In this document: positions 63,600 through 64,000 of the stretch, one piece after another
Layout of the letters: each line of letters opens with the position of its first letter
How positions within the stretch are numbered: position 1 is the stretch's first letter
NCBI RefSeq assembly: GCF_001194135.2
Contig: NC_068984.1
Coordinates: 68,579,474-68,643,473, forward strand
Direction: 5' to 3'
DNA length: 64,000 nucleotides
Source: Octopus bimaculoides
Taxonomy: Eukaryota
Notes under the pieces: model-generated
Database searches by the model: none
What the model was told of the DNA's origin: nothing
Seen by the model: the letters and a program-made list of their open reading frames with translations, nothing else
Position numbers and translations under genes: made by a program

Positions 63600-64000
63600 A
63601 TTTATTTTTCTTTTAAGTATCAGCTTAGAGCTGCGGCCATGCTGATGCACCACCATGTTGTTACACTGTTATTACAGGGAGCCTCTTACAATACGTGGCA
63701 CTTGGTGAAGAACGGAGTTTGATTTAGCAACCCTCATTTGCACCTCCTGCCGCGAGGTAGGTTCATCTGGGACTCTCGATAGGAAGAGGTCCAGCTTTGA
63801 TTTAAAAACTCCTACATCTACTTTGTGCAGATTCCTCAGGCTCTTTGGGAGAATATTAAAAAGCTGTGGGCCCCTGAATCCCAAGCTGTTGCAGTAACTG
63901 GTCCTGAAGCGCGATGGCATTGCTGGGATCTTTGGCACTATGCAGTGTCGTCCCGTTCTGGCATTGGTGTAGCTTTCAATGCCAAAATTTGGCACAATTC
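63600..64000 (-). mobile_element. 3' end of a CR1-group LINE (ORF2 C-terminus, stop at 63672, short 3' UTR); continues past the window edge
   Basis: Translates RTGRHCIVP...NSLGFRGPQLFNILPKSLRNL...FKSKLDLFLSRVPDEP, the typical CR1/L2-group ORF2 terminus. It ends in an A-rich tail. Confidence 0.88.

Noticed and set aside
1-64000. CRISPR arrays, rRNA, prokaryotic operons
   Set aside because: No repeat-spacer periodicity or rRNA motifs; the sequence is eukaryotic intronic or intergenic DNA.

Overview
AT-rich eukaryotic genomic DNA from a draft assembly, with 17 N-gaps (~6.4 kb), most of them next to microsatellites. The tRNA-derived SINE families and dense (CA)n/(TA)n/(ATN)n arrays look like a coleoid cephalopod (Octopus-type) genome; this is recognition from memory, not a database result. 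No host gene can be named, and most ORF-track entries are microsatellite translations or N-gap read-throughs. Recognisable coding remnants are all retroelements: an R4/Dong-clade non-LTR 3' end (42.2-43.2 kb, plus an ~80-bp copy at 61.5 kb), a Penelope-like RT C-terminus and GIY-YIG endonuclease (23.0-23.6 kb), and a CR1-group LINE 3' end (63.6-64 kb). The rest is four or more SINE families, hAT-type and other TIR/foldback elements, a Helitron 3' end and TTAGGG-carrying elements. A few exon-like segments remain unassigned. Top observations: (1) three type I hammerhead ribozyme motifs, one textbook-complete at 28746-28797; (2) a SINE tail shared with the CR1-group LINE 3' end; (3) two Dong copies in the same compound-microsatellite context; (4) a recurrent dimeric SINE; (5) a foldback cluster whose terminal hairpin occurs in flip and flop forms; (6) telomeric arrays inside mobile elements; (7) a perfect nuclear-receptor IR-1 near CLEAR/M-box motifs.
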